A stretch of 60,359 bases of DNA from Planctomycetota bacterium (GTDB taxonomy: Bacteria; Planctomycetota; Planctomycetia; Pirellulales; Lacipirellulaceae): positions 1-60,359 of the forward strand of contig JAADIN010000265.1 of NCBI GenBank assembly GCA_013151315.1, written 5' to 3'. A program made the translations under genes and the position numbers. Of the stretch, positions 19,029 to 29,485 are shown piece by piece (within the stretch, counting starts at the first letter, position 1; each line of letters begins with the position of its first letter). The notes beneath the pieces were generated by a model. The model had not been told where the DNA came from. It searched no databases and worked only from the letters and a program-made list of their open reading frames with translations.

Positions 19029-19646
19029 TAACTCCGCTCGAATTATGAGCCTATTCCCGGACCCTCATGGAGGTATCCAGCGACCGAGAAACCTTGAACA
19101 ACCAAACGGTTTTGGGACGTGCAGTAAACCCTGGCGACAGTATGGTCACAGCAGCTCGCACTGTCTGTGCGATTTGTTACCAGTCGCTCAGCCAGTTTGA
19201 CGAGTATTTTCCTTGAAGAACCGACGTCCTGGTGAGGAGCCCAAATCCTCCGAGTCCCCCAGTTTGGAGAAAGTCGCCTACTTTGTCATGACCAAAAATT
19301 GGGGTGCGAGACGCCAGAAGTTGTTTCGTGGTAAGTCCTTCTGACGTCTCGCATCCCAATCTAAGAGTTGTCATAGCACTCGTTTTTTGCGGGAAAGGCA
19401 AGTTTCCAGTCATTTCAGGATCGACTTTGGAAATTGCTATTGTGGGGAATAGCGGACTGCGAGTTGACTTTCATGCAGAATTCCGCTACCCTACAGACTA
19501 CAGTTTGGCTGTTCTTCCCTCGGGAAAACAGCCAGTTATTGGGCTGTATAACCTTTAGCTGGGTAAGCCAGTTAGCTGGGTAGCCTGTTTTGGCTGCGTG
19601 TATGGGCCCGCAAGTTAGTAAGTTCTAGTTTTTGGAGATTGGCAAA

Positions 19647-19844
19647 ATGCCAGAAGGTACAATTAAGAAGCTGACGGACAAAGGTTTTGGTTTTATTGAG
19701 GGTGATCGAGGAGATATCTTCTTCCACCACTCGGCACTGGAAGGCGTCAGCTACGACAGCCTCCAAGAAGGTCAGCGTGTCGAGTATCAAGAAGGTCGCG
19801 GACCCAAGGGGCCTTGCGCCGAGAATGTTACGGTGGTCGCCTAA
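19647..19844 (+). CDS. csp: Cold-shock protein (CSD)
   Basis: KGFGFI (RNP1), DIFFHHS (RNP2), GPKGPCAENV; GGAG RBS upstream. Confidence 0.95.
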   Translation: MPEGTIKKLTDKGFGFIEGDRGDIFFHHSALEGVSYDSLQEGQRVEYQEGRGPKGPCAENVTVVA

Positions 19845-19907
19845 GTAGCGACACTCCGGTAAGACTGATATCTATTCAAGACAGAATGAATTCAGCCGAA
19901 CGCACGA

Positions 19908-19950
19908 AAAGGGCCTCGCCATGTTCTCACATGGCGGGGCCCTTTATTTT
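19908..19950 (+). terminator. Intrinsic terminator after csp
   Basis: AAAGGGCCTCGCCATG...CATGGCGGGGCCCTTT followed by ATTTT. Confidence 0.8.
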
Positions 19951-20066
19951 GGGGTGTCGGGGTTTTTTGTTGACGGGCGTTTTTAGGTGACGGGGCTGGG
20001 CCTTTGGAAAGGCCCAGGGATTGCGATCCCCCGGCTTTGCACCGTCTCGCCATGTTGAAAGTTAAT

Positions 20067-23000
20067 CTAGAAGAATCGCCAATCGATCTCTTCGCCCAGG
20101 GCCGCGGTCAACGCTTCTTCCGAGACGTTTTCATCGCTACTAGGTCGCTCCAAAGGGATATCGAACGGCCTCTGCCGGCGGGCAAACAGGCGATCCAGCA
20201 CCCGATCTTGCACTTCACGGCCTAGCTCTTCCACGTCGACTGAGCGACCAACCCGGATCTCGCTCAGTGGAGTCTCAAATCGTGGTAGGGCGTGTCGCCT
20301 TTCTAATCGCATTAAACCGAAGTCTTCTACCGAGCTCATTTGTCTTGCCAAGGAAGCCAGGGCTGCTTGCCGCGCACCGTTCTGGCTATTATCGCCAGCA
20401 AGGCTGCCCGATCTCGACAAAGGCCCGCGAGTCGGTACGGCCGAGCTAGGAGCGATAGCCACCTCGACACTCGAAAGCTCGACACCCGGAAAAGTGGCCG
20501 GCGCCGCAGCAGTCGAGCTCCGTGATGCAAGCACGTTTGATGACGACGGCTCTGCTTGGGTAGCAACAGACGCTTGGATAGCAACAGATGCTTGTGCAGC
20601 AAGAGGCGCGGACTCCGACTCCCCAGAACCGCTGGCGGTCGCTGCAAGGGGGGCACTACTTGCAGCAGCGATTTCGGTTGCATCGCCAAAATTACTTGAC
20701 CAGATGGAAAGGTCGGCAGCGTCCACGCTATTACTGGCGTTGCCATCTCCATCGCTCAGCAACGGCGAGGTGCTTCCCACCCCTCTTTGCCAAGCGAGGA
20801 AATCGAATCCATCGGTATCACCGTCTTCATCAAAATCGCCGGTCTCGGAAGCACTTGTCTCGGGAGCACTGGCGGCGAGGGCACCCCCGCTGCCAAATCC
20901 CGCACTCCAGTCCGCTAAGTCCGCCCCGTTAACCACGTTGTCGCCGTTGGAATCTCCATCGGAAGCGAGTACGGCAGGTCCGCTTGCCCCGTAACCGCGT
21001 TGCCACGCCAGGAAGTCGAACCCGTCGACATCGCCATCGTTGTCGAAGTCGGGGCCATTAATCACCACAATAGCCGGTGAGACTCTCTCGAGCTTGTAGT
21101 CCTCAACCTCACCGATAAGAGCGGCACCTGTGACCGAATCGATGCCGTACTCTCCGTAGCGGAATCGAGCGAAAATATCACCGGTGGTAAGCGTCGCAGG
21201 AATATCAAAGAAAATCTCGTTAGCCCCTGGATCCAGGGCTGCATTCGTAATAATTCGCTCGCCAACGTCATCAAAATCGTTGTCCCCATTGAAATCAACC
21301 CAACCTTGCAGAAACCCCCCGTAGATGCTTGCCGTAGCAACGAGCCGGCCCATGGCACCTTCTACAAGTTCGTCGACTACGATCCCGTCTTCATCGCTGA
21401 AGTTGTCGTTGTCGTCGCCAACGGCATCAGGAGATGTCAGCCCATTGAGCTCCGCATCAACGTTCGCCCCGAGGATGTAGACCCCTGCCGCATGACGGGC
21501 CCCGTCTTCAGCAAAGAGAGTCACGCCATAACTGGCCGGCAAATCGCCGAAGTCCAACGTCGCCGTCGTCGTGCTACCACCACTGCCGAAAAGGCCGAAC
21601 AGGATATTCGAAACCGTACCCCCGCCCGCCAAGCTCACCACCTGGGACCCATTTCCTAGAGGGAATGTCTGGACGAACGATGTCCCCGTCGTCTCGATCC
21701 GCACCACTTGGCTACCAGGAGCGATGCCCTCAAAAATGAACGCTCCGTTCACGTTGGTCGACGTGATCTGTTCTCCAAGCTCAAATGAGCCGCTGCCGTT
21801 CGAGTCGATAAACACATCGACACCCGGCTGCCCTGCCTCGTTTGCTTGCTGCACTCCGTCGCTGCTCGTATCGGTAAAGACCACGCCAAGCAAGTAACCA
21901 TCTTGGCTGGTCCCGTTTCCAGGGCCTTCCCCTACAGGCGGAGTGATTGCGAAGTCGGTTCCTGTTGAAATGGAATCTCCCAGGCCAACAAAAAAGGGCC
22001 TAAATCCTTCCGACGGATCGCTTAACGACCAGTTGGGCGGCGCGATAACTCCGACGTTGACGACGGTCGAAGCAAGACTCGCATCGAGAGGAATCGTCAA
22101 CGAATACTCGCCGTTGCTATTCGTGGCAACGACAATCTCGCCGGCATCAAATTGCCCGTTACGGTTGACATCGCCAAAGACGCTAACGTCTGGCACGTTG
22201 ACATCCCCGGCGTTGAAAATGCCATCGCCGTTGATATCGGCAAACACGACGCCGCTGAAGTTGACTTCCGGAGTCACCACGGGGCCCGGATCGAGCAGGA
22301 AGTTGAGGTTTTTGATGCCGTCCACGATCGCAGTGCCTGAGAACGAAAGCGGTGTGCCATCCAGTTGGAGTGGCACTTCCAAATTGGGATCGTAGTCCCA
22401 GACTTTGAAGAAGTCGGCCGAGATGGTCCACTCGTCCTTGTAATCTTGAAGGAACCCTGAGGGGGTAAACGAATCGTCCAGCGCCGTGCGTTCCAAGGGA
22501 TCGACGATGGAAATGATGTAGTCGTCGGGGACCAGATCAAAGTAGTAATTGCCATCGGCTCCGGTGACAAACTGGTCGACAAGCACCCCATCGCTAGCCC
22601 GTCGTGCCTCGACGGTGATGTTGGCGCCCATCGACTCGTGGCCGAGGTCGATCGTGTTGAATACTTCGCCAAAGCGCAAGGTGCCATCCGAGTCGGTATT
22701 AAACTGATTGACTCGACTGTAGTTGAATGCATCGTCCCGATTGTCGTCGACGCCAATCAGACCTTTGACACGCTGCGTGTTGGCACCAATCGGGCTGCCG
22801 TGCCAGACAACTTCAATACCGGTGATCTGGAATTCGGTGTTGGAATAGTTTTCGAAGTGCAGTTGCCATCCTCGACCCAAGTTTCCACCCGCAACAGGTT
22901 CCGCAGTCGTCGGGTCGAAGATGAGACTATCGTCCGAGCGTTCGCCCCAATTGCGGTTTGTTGAGAAAGTGGCGACCAGCGGATTATCGGGATCGGTATC

Positions 23001-25193
23001 TACCGAAACAAGAGCTCCACTCTCTCGATAGGACTGCGGCTCGAAATTGGGAAAAGTGATTGGAAAAACGGAGTCGTCTCCAGTTGCGCCTTCGAAGAAG
23101 AAATCGTTCAACTCGCTAAACGTACCATCAGGCGAGACGAGCAAGACTCTCACATTCTCAAGAAACTGGTCGTCTGCGCCACCGCCGCCGAGGCTAATTT
23201 TCACTTCTACCGTTTCCACGGACATCGAGCTATTAACCCCTTCGGGGACCGACAACTCCACAAAACTGCCACGTGTTTCTTCATTATCAAAATCAACGAA
23301 TGGATCGTCGGGGTTGAAATATTCGTTCCAGAATTCGATGAAACCGCTACTTCCTCCAAAGCCGCCTGGCACGGTTTGGAAACCGGCATCCTCATTGGCG
23401 ACCTCCTGGGCAGGCAAGTTGAAGAAGAATCCGCCCGAAGGAGCGATGAAACTGGTGAAGGTCAGCTCGTCGGGCAGTTCTTGGTTTTTCGTGCTCCACT
23501 GCTGGGCCATCTGCACCGCGAGTTCTGCATCGACCACCCCTTGGGCATAGCCGATTTCCTCGCCGTTCACGCCTCGGCCTTGGCTCACCGTATACCCTGC
23601 CCCATTGGTCAAGACCTGCGGCGTGGGTGCATAGAAGCGTCCACCACGTATGTTGAATAACGTGGGGTCAAGCGTAGGCCTCAGAGTTTGGTCAAACGGA
23701 TTGATCAAAGGATCAAACAGATCGGGATCTCGGAAAATCGGTAGTTGATTGATAATCCAGGTATTTTGTGTCGCCCCCGTGGCTACCGTACTTGGAACCT
23801 CGAATTTTGCATTTTGTCGCGCCGAGCGGAGGAGGATTTCTTGCACATCTCGCCAACCAAGGTTCGGATTGGCCTCGAGCATCAGCGCAATCACCCCGCT
23901 CACCAAGGGTGCCGCTGCCGAAGTGCCGCCAAAGCGAGACTGGTAGTCGATGTCTTCCAAGAAATCGCGGTCGAATTCCTGCCCCGTAATGGGGTCAGGC
24001 GAAAAGTTGCGTCCCGCTTCCCCGGTCAAATCGGTGGTGAAAATGCCACTGCCCAAACCCGTATCGCCAGCAATGTTCAGCCTGACATTTGAGCCTGTCG
24101 GAGCGGCAACTAACACATTGGCACCCGTTTCGGCAAAACCGGTAACCGTTCCGTCGTCGTTGTTGTAAAACCCGTTTTCGTCGACGCCCGTGACGCCAAT
24201 GGTATAGCGTGAACTAACCCATCCGTTGTAAGTCGCGCTGTCCAAGGCACCGATCGTTTCGAAACCAAAATCAAAAGGCGTGCCGGCATCGTTCCCAGCA
24301 GAAAATACGTGAATCACTCCCAATCCATCACGGCCGAAAATAATGGAATCGCGAATCGCGAGGAGTTCGGCGGCGGTCGGGCCGGCAATGCCTCTGGTTA
24401 CGGCTGGCCCCCAACTGTTATTCGTGATGTCGATTTGATCGGTTTCGTACCGAAAGGCGTTCACCAGGGCATTGGGATCCCCATTCGACGCTCCTTCGGG
24501 AAGGAAATACTGGATCGGTACCAGTGTTGCTCCTGGTGCTACTCCCGAACCGCCAAGACCGTTGTTCGCAACCGCACTGATAAGTCCGGCTACCCCTGTG
24601 CCATGGGACCCAGCCTGGATTGCCCCTGGTCCTGTGCCACCTGTAAATGTGTTCAAACCCAACGTATCAGAAACATTCGCAGCCAAATCGGGATGGTCGA
24701 CCTGGAATGCCTCGTCGATAACAGCCACGACAACACCGGCCCCGGTAAGGTTTGTGTTGGCGAATACGGGTGCCACGTTAATATCTTCGCCGGCAACTGC
24801 AAAGATATCCTGGAAGTCAGGATTGCTCACTTCCTGACCCACGTTAATCAAATTCCATTGAAGCCCTGTGAAAGGATCCGTAGGCAGAGAGTAGGCAACG
24901 GTTTGACTTTGGCTAGCACTTCCAAGTAGCGATTGCCAATACAACTCGTTCAGCAGAATCTGTACCTGTCCTTCTTGCGTGGCGCTCGAGTAGGACTGCA
25001 CCTGATACTGGATATCCTCGGAGACTGCGCCCTGAATCGCCGCCAGCGGCGAATTGGCGGACATCACGCGCCGGTCTTCGAGAGTCTCGAAGCCTAGCTG
25101 ACGCTTGCGTTGACGCCGGCTGACGCCTCGAGGTCTACGTGACTTGGTCGAGCCGGGTTGGCTTGAAGTTGTGCTGCGCTGAAAAAATACCAT
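20067..25193 (-). CDS. Large secreted S8 (kexin/furin-like) serine protease with SdrD-B-like, GEVED and dockerin-like domains
   Basis: Planctomycete signal LGFETLEDRRVM; catalytic VAVID, HGTGVAG, SAGN, GTSAAAP; GVVFADINGDG repeats; GEVEDY; DFDNDGDVDGFDFLAWQ twice. Confidence 0.9.
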   Translation of the reverse strand: MVFFQRSTTSSQPGSTKSRRPRGVSRRQRKRQLGFETLEDRRVMSANSPLAAIQGAVSEDIQYQVQSYSSATQEGQVQILLNELYWQSLLGSASQSQTVAYSLPTDPFTGLQWNLINVGQEVSNPDFQDIFAVAGEDINVAPVFANTNLTGAGVVVAVIDEAFQVDHPDLAANVSDTLGLNTFTGGTGPGAIQAGSHGTGVAGLISAVANNGLGGSGVAPGATLVPIQYFLPEGASNGDPNALVNAFRYETDQIDITNNSWGPAVTRGIAGPTAAELLAIRDSIIFGRDGLGVIHVFSAGNDAGTPFDFGFETIGALDSATYNGWVSSRYTIGVTGVDENGFYNNDDGTVTGFAETGANVLVAAPTGSNVRLNIAGDTGLGSGIFTTDLTGEAGRNFSPDPITGQEFDRDFLEDIDYQSRFGGTSAAAPLVSGVIALMLEANPNLGWRDVQEILLRSARQNAKFEVPSTVATGATQNTWIINQLPIFRDPDLFDPLINPFDQTLRPTLDPTLFNIRGGRFYAPTPQVLTNGAGYTVSQGRGVNGEEIGYAQGVVDAELAVQMAQQWSTKNQELPDELTFTSFIAPSGGFFFNLPAQEVANEDAGFQTVPGGFGGSSGFIEFWNEYFNPDDPFVDFDNEETRGSFVELSVPEGVNSSMSVETVEVKISLGGGGADDQFLENVRVLLVSPDGTFSELNDFFFEGATGDDSVFPITFPNFEPQSYRESGALVSVDTDPDNPLVATFSTNRNWGERSDDSLIFDPTTAEPVAGGNLGRGWQLHFENYSNTEFQITGIEVVWHGSPIGANTQRVKGLIGVDDNRDDAFNYSRVNQFNTDSDGTLRFGEVFNTIDLGHESMGANITVEARRASDGVLVDQFVTGADGNYYFDLVPDDYIISIVDPLERTALDDSFTPSGFLQDYKDEWTISADFFKVWDYDPNLEVPLQLDGTPLSFSGTAIVDGIKNLNFLLDPGPVVTPEVNFSGVVFADINGDGIFNAGDVNVPDVSVFGDVNRNGQFDAGEIVVATNSNGEYSLTIPLDASLASTVVNVGVIAPPNWSLSDPSEGFRPFFVGLGDSISTGTDFAITPPVGEGPGNGTSQDGYLLGVVFTDTSSDGVQQANEAGQPGVDVFIDSNGSGSFELGEQITSTNVNGAFIFEGIAPGSQVVRIETTGTSFVQTFPLGNGSQVVSLAGGGTVSNILFGLFGSGGSTTTATLDFGDLPASYGVTLFAEDGARHAAGVYILGANVDAELNGLTSPDAVGDDNDNFSDEDGIVVDELVEGAMGRLVATASIYGGFLQGWVDFNGDNDFDDVGERIITNAALDPGANEIFFDIPATLTTGDIFARFRYGEYGIDSVTGAALIGEVEDYKLERVSPAIVVINGPDFDNDGDVDGFDFLAWQRGYGASGPAVLASDGDSNGDNVVNGADLADWSAGFGSGGALAASAPETSASETGDFDEDGDTDGFDFLAWQRGVGSTSPLLSDGDGNASNSVDAADLSIWSSNFGDATEIAAASSAPLAATASGSGESESAPLAAQASVAIQASVATQAEPSSSNVLASRSSTAAAPATFPGVELSSVEVAIAPSSAVPTRGPLSRSGSLAGDNSQNGARQAALASLARQMSSVEDFGLMRLERRHALPRFETPLSEIRVGRSVDVEELGREVQDRVLDRLFARRQRPFDIPLERPSSDENVSEEALTAALGEEIDWRFF

Positions 25194-25693
25194 TTCTCTC
25201 TAGTTCCCATTTTAAGGATTCCGATCGGGTCCTCCGGTCGAGCAATCCTCTGGTTCGATCTGTCTACGCTTCCTGTCTCAACCCGTTGGCACCTACACAA
25301 GGCGCAGCGGGCAACTCCAAACGAGGAGTTTTGTTATGTAGGGTCTGTGGAAGCGTGCTTCCTGTTCCGGTCCAGTCATGCAACGCTAGTGATTACCACG
25401 CCTCTGAGTGGCAGCACCCAGTTGGGCACGCTAGCATCAACCCGAGCGGGCGACTGGCTCGCAACGGCACCAGTCGTGCCGCACTCCGTCCACTCAGCCC
25501 CTCATAGTAGTTAGGATTGACGCAAACGTCAAACTTTTGGTGATAGCTAAATCTCATATAAAGTCAGTCGAGGGCCGTAATTTTCAGCTTTTCATCCTAT
25601 CCACAGCGGTTTCTCGAAGTGACGCTGAAGGCCGAGATATCTGAGTGAGAAAGGCTGAATTGAGGCTCTGGGAGCCAAGTGCGTCTTCATGTG

Positions 25694-25776
25694 GTGAGCC
25701 GTAACGCGCTAGCGTCGGGCCATAGGAGGCATACCGCTACTGCTCCGCAACCCGACGCTAGCGCGTTGCGGCTCAC
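25694..25776. repeat. GTGAG...CTCAC palindromic element (REPIN/MITE-like)
   Basis: GTGAGCCGTAACGCGCTAGCGTCGGG...CCCGACGCTAGCGCGTTGCGGCTCAC. Confidence 0.88.
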
Positions 25777-25865
25777 TCCTTCACACTAGGAAGTCTACGC
25801 AGAATCTTCTCGATGTGCCGGAAACTTTGGTTGTTCCGTTACTACGGGTCCGATAACCCTTTCTG

Positions 25866-25927
25866 AGCGATTAGCTGTTAGCGGTTAGCCCGTTAATTGC
25901 TGATAGCTAAACGCTAATAGTTAAACG
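25866..25927. repeat. Inverted heptamer array (GTTAGCN / GCTAANA units)
   Basis: gcgattagctgttagcggttagc ... gctgatagctaaacgctaatagttaaacg immediately upstream of the RBS of the beta-barrel gene. Confidence 0.6.
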
Positions 25928-25940
25928 AGGGGGATTTTCG

Positions 25941-27221
25941 ATGAAGTTGCCAATTGCTAGCCGCCTGCCTGCCATCGTGCTTTGCCTTTCATTAATTGCC
26001 ACAGCGCTAGTTACTACGGCAAAGGGGCAGGGGGGTGGGTATGTCGCGCCCCGATTCATGTCTGGCACCAGCAACCCACCACTGGCTCTGCAGCAGGCCG
26101 CGCCGTTGGCAGGAGGTCCTGCCGCGGCCGGGGGCGGCCAGTTTATGGACGTGCAAGGCAATTCGATCGTCTTGCCCGCAAGTTATTGCCCTCCTGGGCC
26201 AGGCGGTGGCTATGGTCCGGGCGGTCCAGGTGGCGGTGGCTATGGCGACCCGATGGCCGTTGACTTCGGTGGCTACGGGTCCGATCAGTCTGGCCCTCAT
26301 TATTTCGACGTAGCTTTGGACACTGTGTTTCTTCAACGGGATTCTTTCGAGGGTGCCGGTCCTACGATCTCGGCTGGTGCCTCGGCGAACATCGACCAAG
26401 GAAACCGTTTGAATGTCTTGTCGGGAAGAGAAGAGTACGAGCCCGGCTGGCGGATTGCTGCGAGATACGACCTAGGCCCACTCTCGGTGATTGAGGGAAC
26501 CTACATGGGCGTCTATGACATGGGGTTCAATGGTTCTATCACCTCAGAACAAGCCAGCGTGGCCGTTGGCCTTCCTCCTCTGGCAAATTTCTTGTTCACT
26601 GCCCCCACGTTTGGCATCCCCGTTCCTATTGCCACATTGGACGCTGCTAGTCTGTACACCATCAATTACGAATCGGACTTGCAAAGCACCGAAATCAGCT
26701 ACCGCCGTTATTGGATGGGCTACAATTCGCGTGTCACCGGTACTTTTTTGTTGGGTGCTCGCTATCTTCGGATGACCGAGGGTTTTGCTTTCAATACGGT
26801 CACGGGGCTAGGCAATGCGGCACTGAATTCCAGTAGCGAAAACGATCTTGTCGGTTTTCAATTTGGCGGGGACGGCTGGCTCACCTTGCGGCAAGGCCTG
26901 CGGATTGGTACCGAAATGAAAGCTGGCGTTTACAACAATCGGTTTAAGCTAAGAAACACGGGCGTTTTCGCGCAAGTCAGTAACTCTCCTGCCGACTTTG
27001 ATGTCGAGTCAGAGGGCAATCAGGTTGCCTTCGCTGCCGAAGGGGGAGTCACTATGGTTGCCGATATTCTTCCGAGTTGGTCAATCCGCGGCGGATATCA
27101 GGTGATGTATCTCAGCAGTCTGGCAGCAATTGACGCAGCCAACCCGCTCGGCGTGAGCACGCGGACCCAAGCAGACGCTTTGTACCACGGCTTTCACGGC
27201 GGGCTGGAATACGTTTGGTAG
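25941..27221 (+). CDS. Planctomycete outer-membrane beta-barrel (BBP7/Lpg1974-like)
   Basis: Signal peptide, Gly/Pro linker, alternating beta strands, SENDLVGFQFG, C-terminal HGFHGGLEYVW. Confidence 0.78.
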   Translation: MKLPIASRLPAIVLCLSLIATALVTTAKGQGGGYVAPRFMSGTSNPPLALQQAAPLAGGPAAAGGGQFMDVQGNSIVLPASYCPPGPGGGYGPGGPGGGGYGDPMAVDFGGYGSDQSGPHYFDVALDTVFLQRDSFEGAGPTISAGASANIDQGNRLNVLSGREEYEPGWRIAARYDLGPLSVIEGTYMGVYDMGFNGSITSEQASVAVGLPPLANFLFTAPTFGIPVPIATLDAASLYTINYESDLQSTEISYRRYWMGYNSRVTGTFLLGARYLRMTEGFAFNTVTGLGNAALNSSSENDLVGFQFGGDGWLTLRQGLRIGTEMKAGVYNNRFKLRNTGVFAQVSNSPADFDVESEGNQVAFAAEGGVTMVADILPSWSIRGGYQVMYLSSLAAIDAANPLGVSTRTQADALYHGFHGGLEYVW

Positions 27222-27421
27222 GTGGCAAGCGTTTTGGACGCGTGTTTTGTGACTAAAGGACGAAACGGGCCTTTCTATTGGGTTGTTTTCTCTACGACCA
27301 CCGTGCTTGGGCGTGTTTGGCGGCAAGAGTTTTGGCACGAAAACGTGAACGCGCGTTGCGCGGACATAAGGGGTGGGCGTCTAGGGTCTAGTGCTTTGTC
27401 ACTGCTAATGGGATTATGGAT

Positions 27422-27501
27422 GTGAGCCGCAATGCGCTAGCGTCGGGCCTAGGGGCATACCGTTGCGCTCCGCAACCCGCGGCTAGCGCCGTGCGGCTCA
27501 C
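27422..27501. repeat. GTGAG...CTCAC palindromic element (REPIN/MITE-like)
   Basis: GTGAGCCGCAATGCGCTAGCGTCGGG...CCCGCGGCTAGCGCCGTGCGGCTCAC. Confidence 0.88.
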
Positions 27502-27791
27502 GAAATACCTCGCGTTGATTATTGCGCATCGGGTTTGCAAAAGCGAGCGTTTTTTTTGGCCACTCTGCGGTTCTACAGCGCACGGCCAGTGAAGGGATTG
27601 AGCCGCTCGAGAGGCTCTCTTTTTCGTGTTTTGCCCAGGTGAGCCGTTTATGGTATTCGGGCTCGGGGACGAGCCGGCTCGCTGCTAGCTACTTGTTCGC
27701 GTCTCTATGCGAGCTGCCGTTGACCGGGAGGCCCTATCCACTAAAATCTACCTCTCTTAACTTCCATCGCCCCGAGTGCGCGCAGAGTGAC

Positions 27792-29396
27792 ATGGCCACG
27801 GTAATGACTGACCAAGCTGAGACATCCACCGACGATTCGAGGTCTCCGCTGGAGCAGGCACGCCGGGAGAAAATGGCTCGGCTCATCGAGCTTGGGGTCG
27901 ACCCTTGGGGCGGCCGGTTTGACGATCGTGCGATGATCGGCGATATCCGGGCCCGGGCCGCCGAAATCGTCTATCGTACCGAAGATGGCACCGAACATTC
28001 GCTCCCGGATTTTGAGAATGTTGCCGAAGATTTTAATTTTCGGCAGTGGAAAGCAGACCTTGGCAAAGGCCAAATGGCTGGGCCGCAGGTCCGCGCCGCA
28101 GGCCGAATCGTGTTGCATCGCAACAAAGGCAAGCTGCATTTTGTCGACATTCGCGACATGACCGGCGATTTGCAGTTGATGATCGGCCAAAAGCAAGTGG
28201 GCGACGATTGGGCGATTGTCGAGCAGCTCGACTTGGGCGACATCATTGGCGTCGACGGCATGCTCGGCCGAAGCAATACGGGCGAGCTCTCGATCTTTGC
28301 CGAGCGGATTCACTTCCTTACCAAATCGATCGAAACGCCACCGGACAAACACAGCGGGTTGCAAGATCCTGAGCTACGTCAGCGAAGGCGGTATCTCGAT
28401 TTGATTCATACCGAGGGAATGTTGCCACGGTTTTTGGATCGAACAAAGATCGTCCGCTCGATTCGCGAGACGCTCAACGAACAGCAGTTTGTCGAAGTCG
28501 AAGGGCCGACGCTCCATTCGATTGCTGGCGGTGCCGCGGCGCGACCGTTCCTGACCCACCACAACGCGCTCGACATCGATCTCACGCTGCGAATCGCCCT
28601 CGAGCTGCATCTGAAGCGGCTGATGGTTGGCGGCATCGAACGTGTCTACGAGATGGGCCGCGTTTACCGCAACGAAGGCATCGATCAAAGTCACAATCCC
28701 GAATTCACGATGCTCGAAGTCTATCAGGCCTACGGCGATTATTGTTCGATGATGGATCTTACCGAGAAGTGCATCTGCGGAGCGATCGAGGCCTTGCGAG
28801 GCGCGGGCTGCGACTACCAACTCTCTTGGGCCGACAAAACGATCGACTTTACGCCGCCATTCGAGCGCCGGACTTATGACGAGCTTTTCAGCGAACACGC
28901 GGGCGTCGATCCGAGCGACGAAGCAGCGGTTGCCAAGTTGGCAGAATCGTTGCACATCGAAACCAAAGGGCGGCATCCCGATGTCATCAAAAATGATGTC
29001 TTCGAGGCGAAGGTCGAGGACGCTCTGGTCGGCCCGATCTTTGTGATCGACTACCCCAGCAGCATTTGCCCGTTGACCAAACGCAAGCGCGACAACCTGG
29101 CAATCGCCGAGCGGTTCGAGCTCTTTGTGCATGGCATGGAAGTGGCGAACGCCTATACCGAGCTGAACGACCCCGATTTGCAAGAAGAGCTCTTTCGCAC
29201 GCAATTGGCCGGGATGAACGAAGAAGATTCGATGGCGAAGATGGATACCGATTTCATCCGAGCGTTGCGCTATGGCATGCCGCCCGCGGGCGGGTTGGGC
29301 ATTGGGATCGACCGGCTGGTGATGCTGTTAACCGACACGCAATCGATCCGCGATGTCATTTTGTTTCCGCTGTTACGACCAGAAAAGAATGTTTGA
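27792..29396 (+). CDS. lysS: Lysine--tRNA ligase (class II)
   Basis: GGAAARPF, LRIALELHLKRL, YRNEGID..HNPEFT, YGMPPAGGLGIGIDRL. Start could be ATG 27792 or 27804. Confidence 0.97.
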   Translation: MATVMTDQAETSTDDSRSPLEQARREKMARLIELGVDPWGGRFDDRAMIGDIRARAAEIVYRTEDGTEHSLPDFENVAEDFNFRQWKADLGKGQMAGPQVRAAGRIVLHRNKGKLHFVDIRDMTGDLQLMIGQKQVGDDWAIVEQLDLGDIIGVDGMLGRSNTGELSIFAERIHFLTKSIETPPDKHSGLQDPELRQRRRYLDLIHTEGMLPRFLDRTKIVRSIRETLNEQQFVEVEGPTLHSIAGGAAARPFLTHHNALDIDLTLRIALELHLKRLMVGGIERVYEMGRVYRNEGIDQSHNPEFTMLEVYQAYGDYCSMMDLTEKCICGAIEALRGAGCDYQLSWADKTIDFTPPFERRTYDELFSEHAGVDPSDEAAVAKLAESLHIETKGRHPDVIKNDVFEAKVEDALVGPIFVIDYPSSICPLTKRKRDNLAIAERFELFVHGMEVANAYTELNDPDLQEELFRTQLAGMNEEDSMAKMDTDFIRALRYGMPPAGGLGIGIDRLVMLLTDTQSIRDVILFPLLRPEKNV

Positions 29397-29463
29397 TGTG
29401 AGATGTTTGATTGTTGATGTGAAATTTCTGACATCAACAATCAAACATCCGACATCAAACATT
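29388..29463. repeat. Inverted heptamer array overlapping the lysS stop codon
   Basis: AATGTTTGATGT-GA-GATGTTTGATTGTTGATGT pairs with ACATCAACAATCAAACATC-CG-ACATCAAACATT. Confidence 0.85.
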
Positions 29464-29485
29464 GATACATCCCAAGGACGGGTTT

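Noticed and set aside
27522-27791. 90-aa N-terminal extension of LysS (similar extensions on RecJ, DevC, RelE and Int)
   Set aside because: ORF-caller extension to upstream alternative starts through intergenic or repeat DNA.
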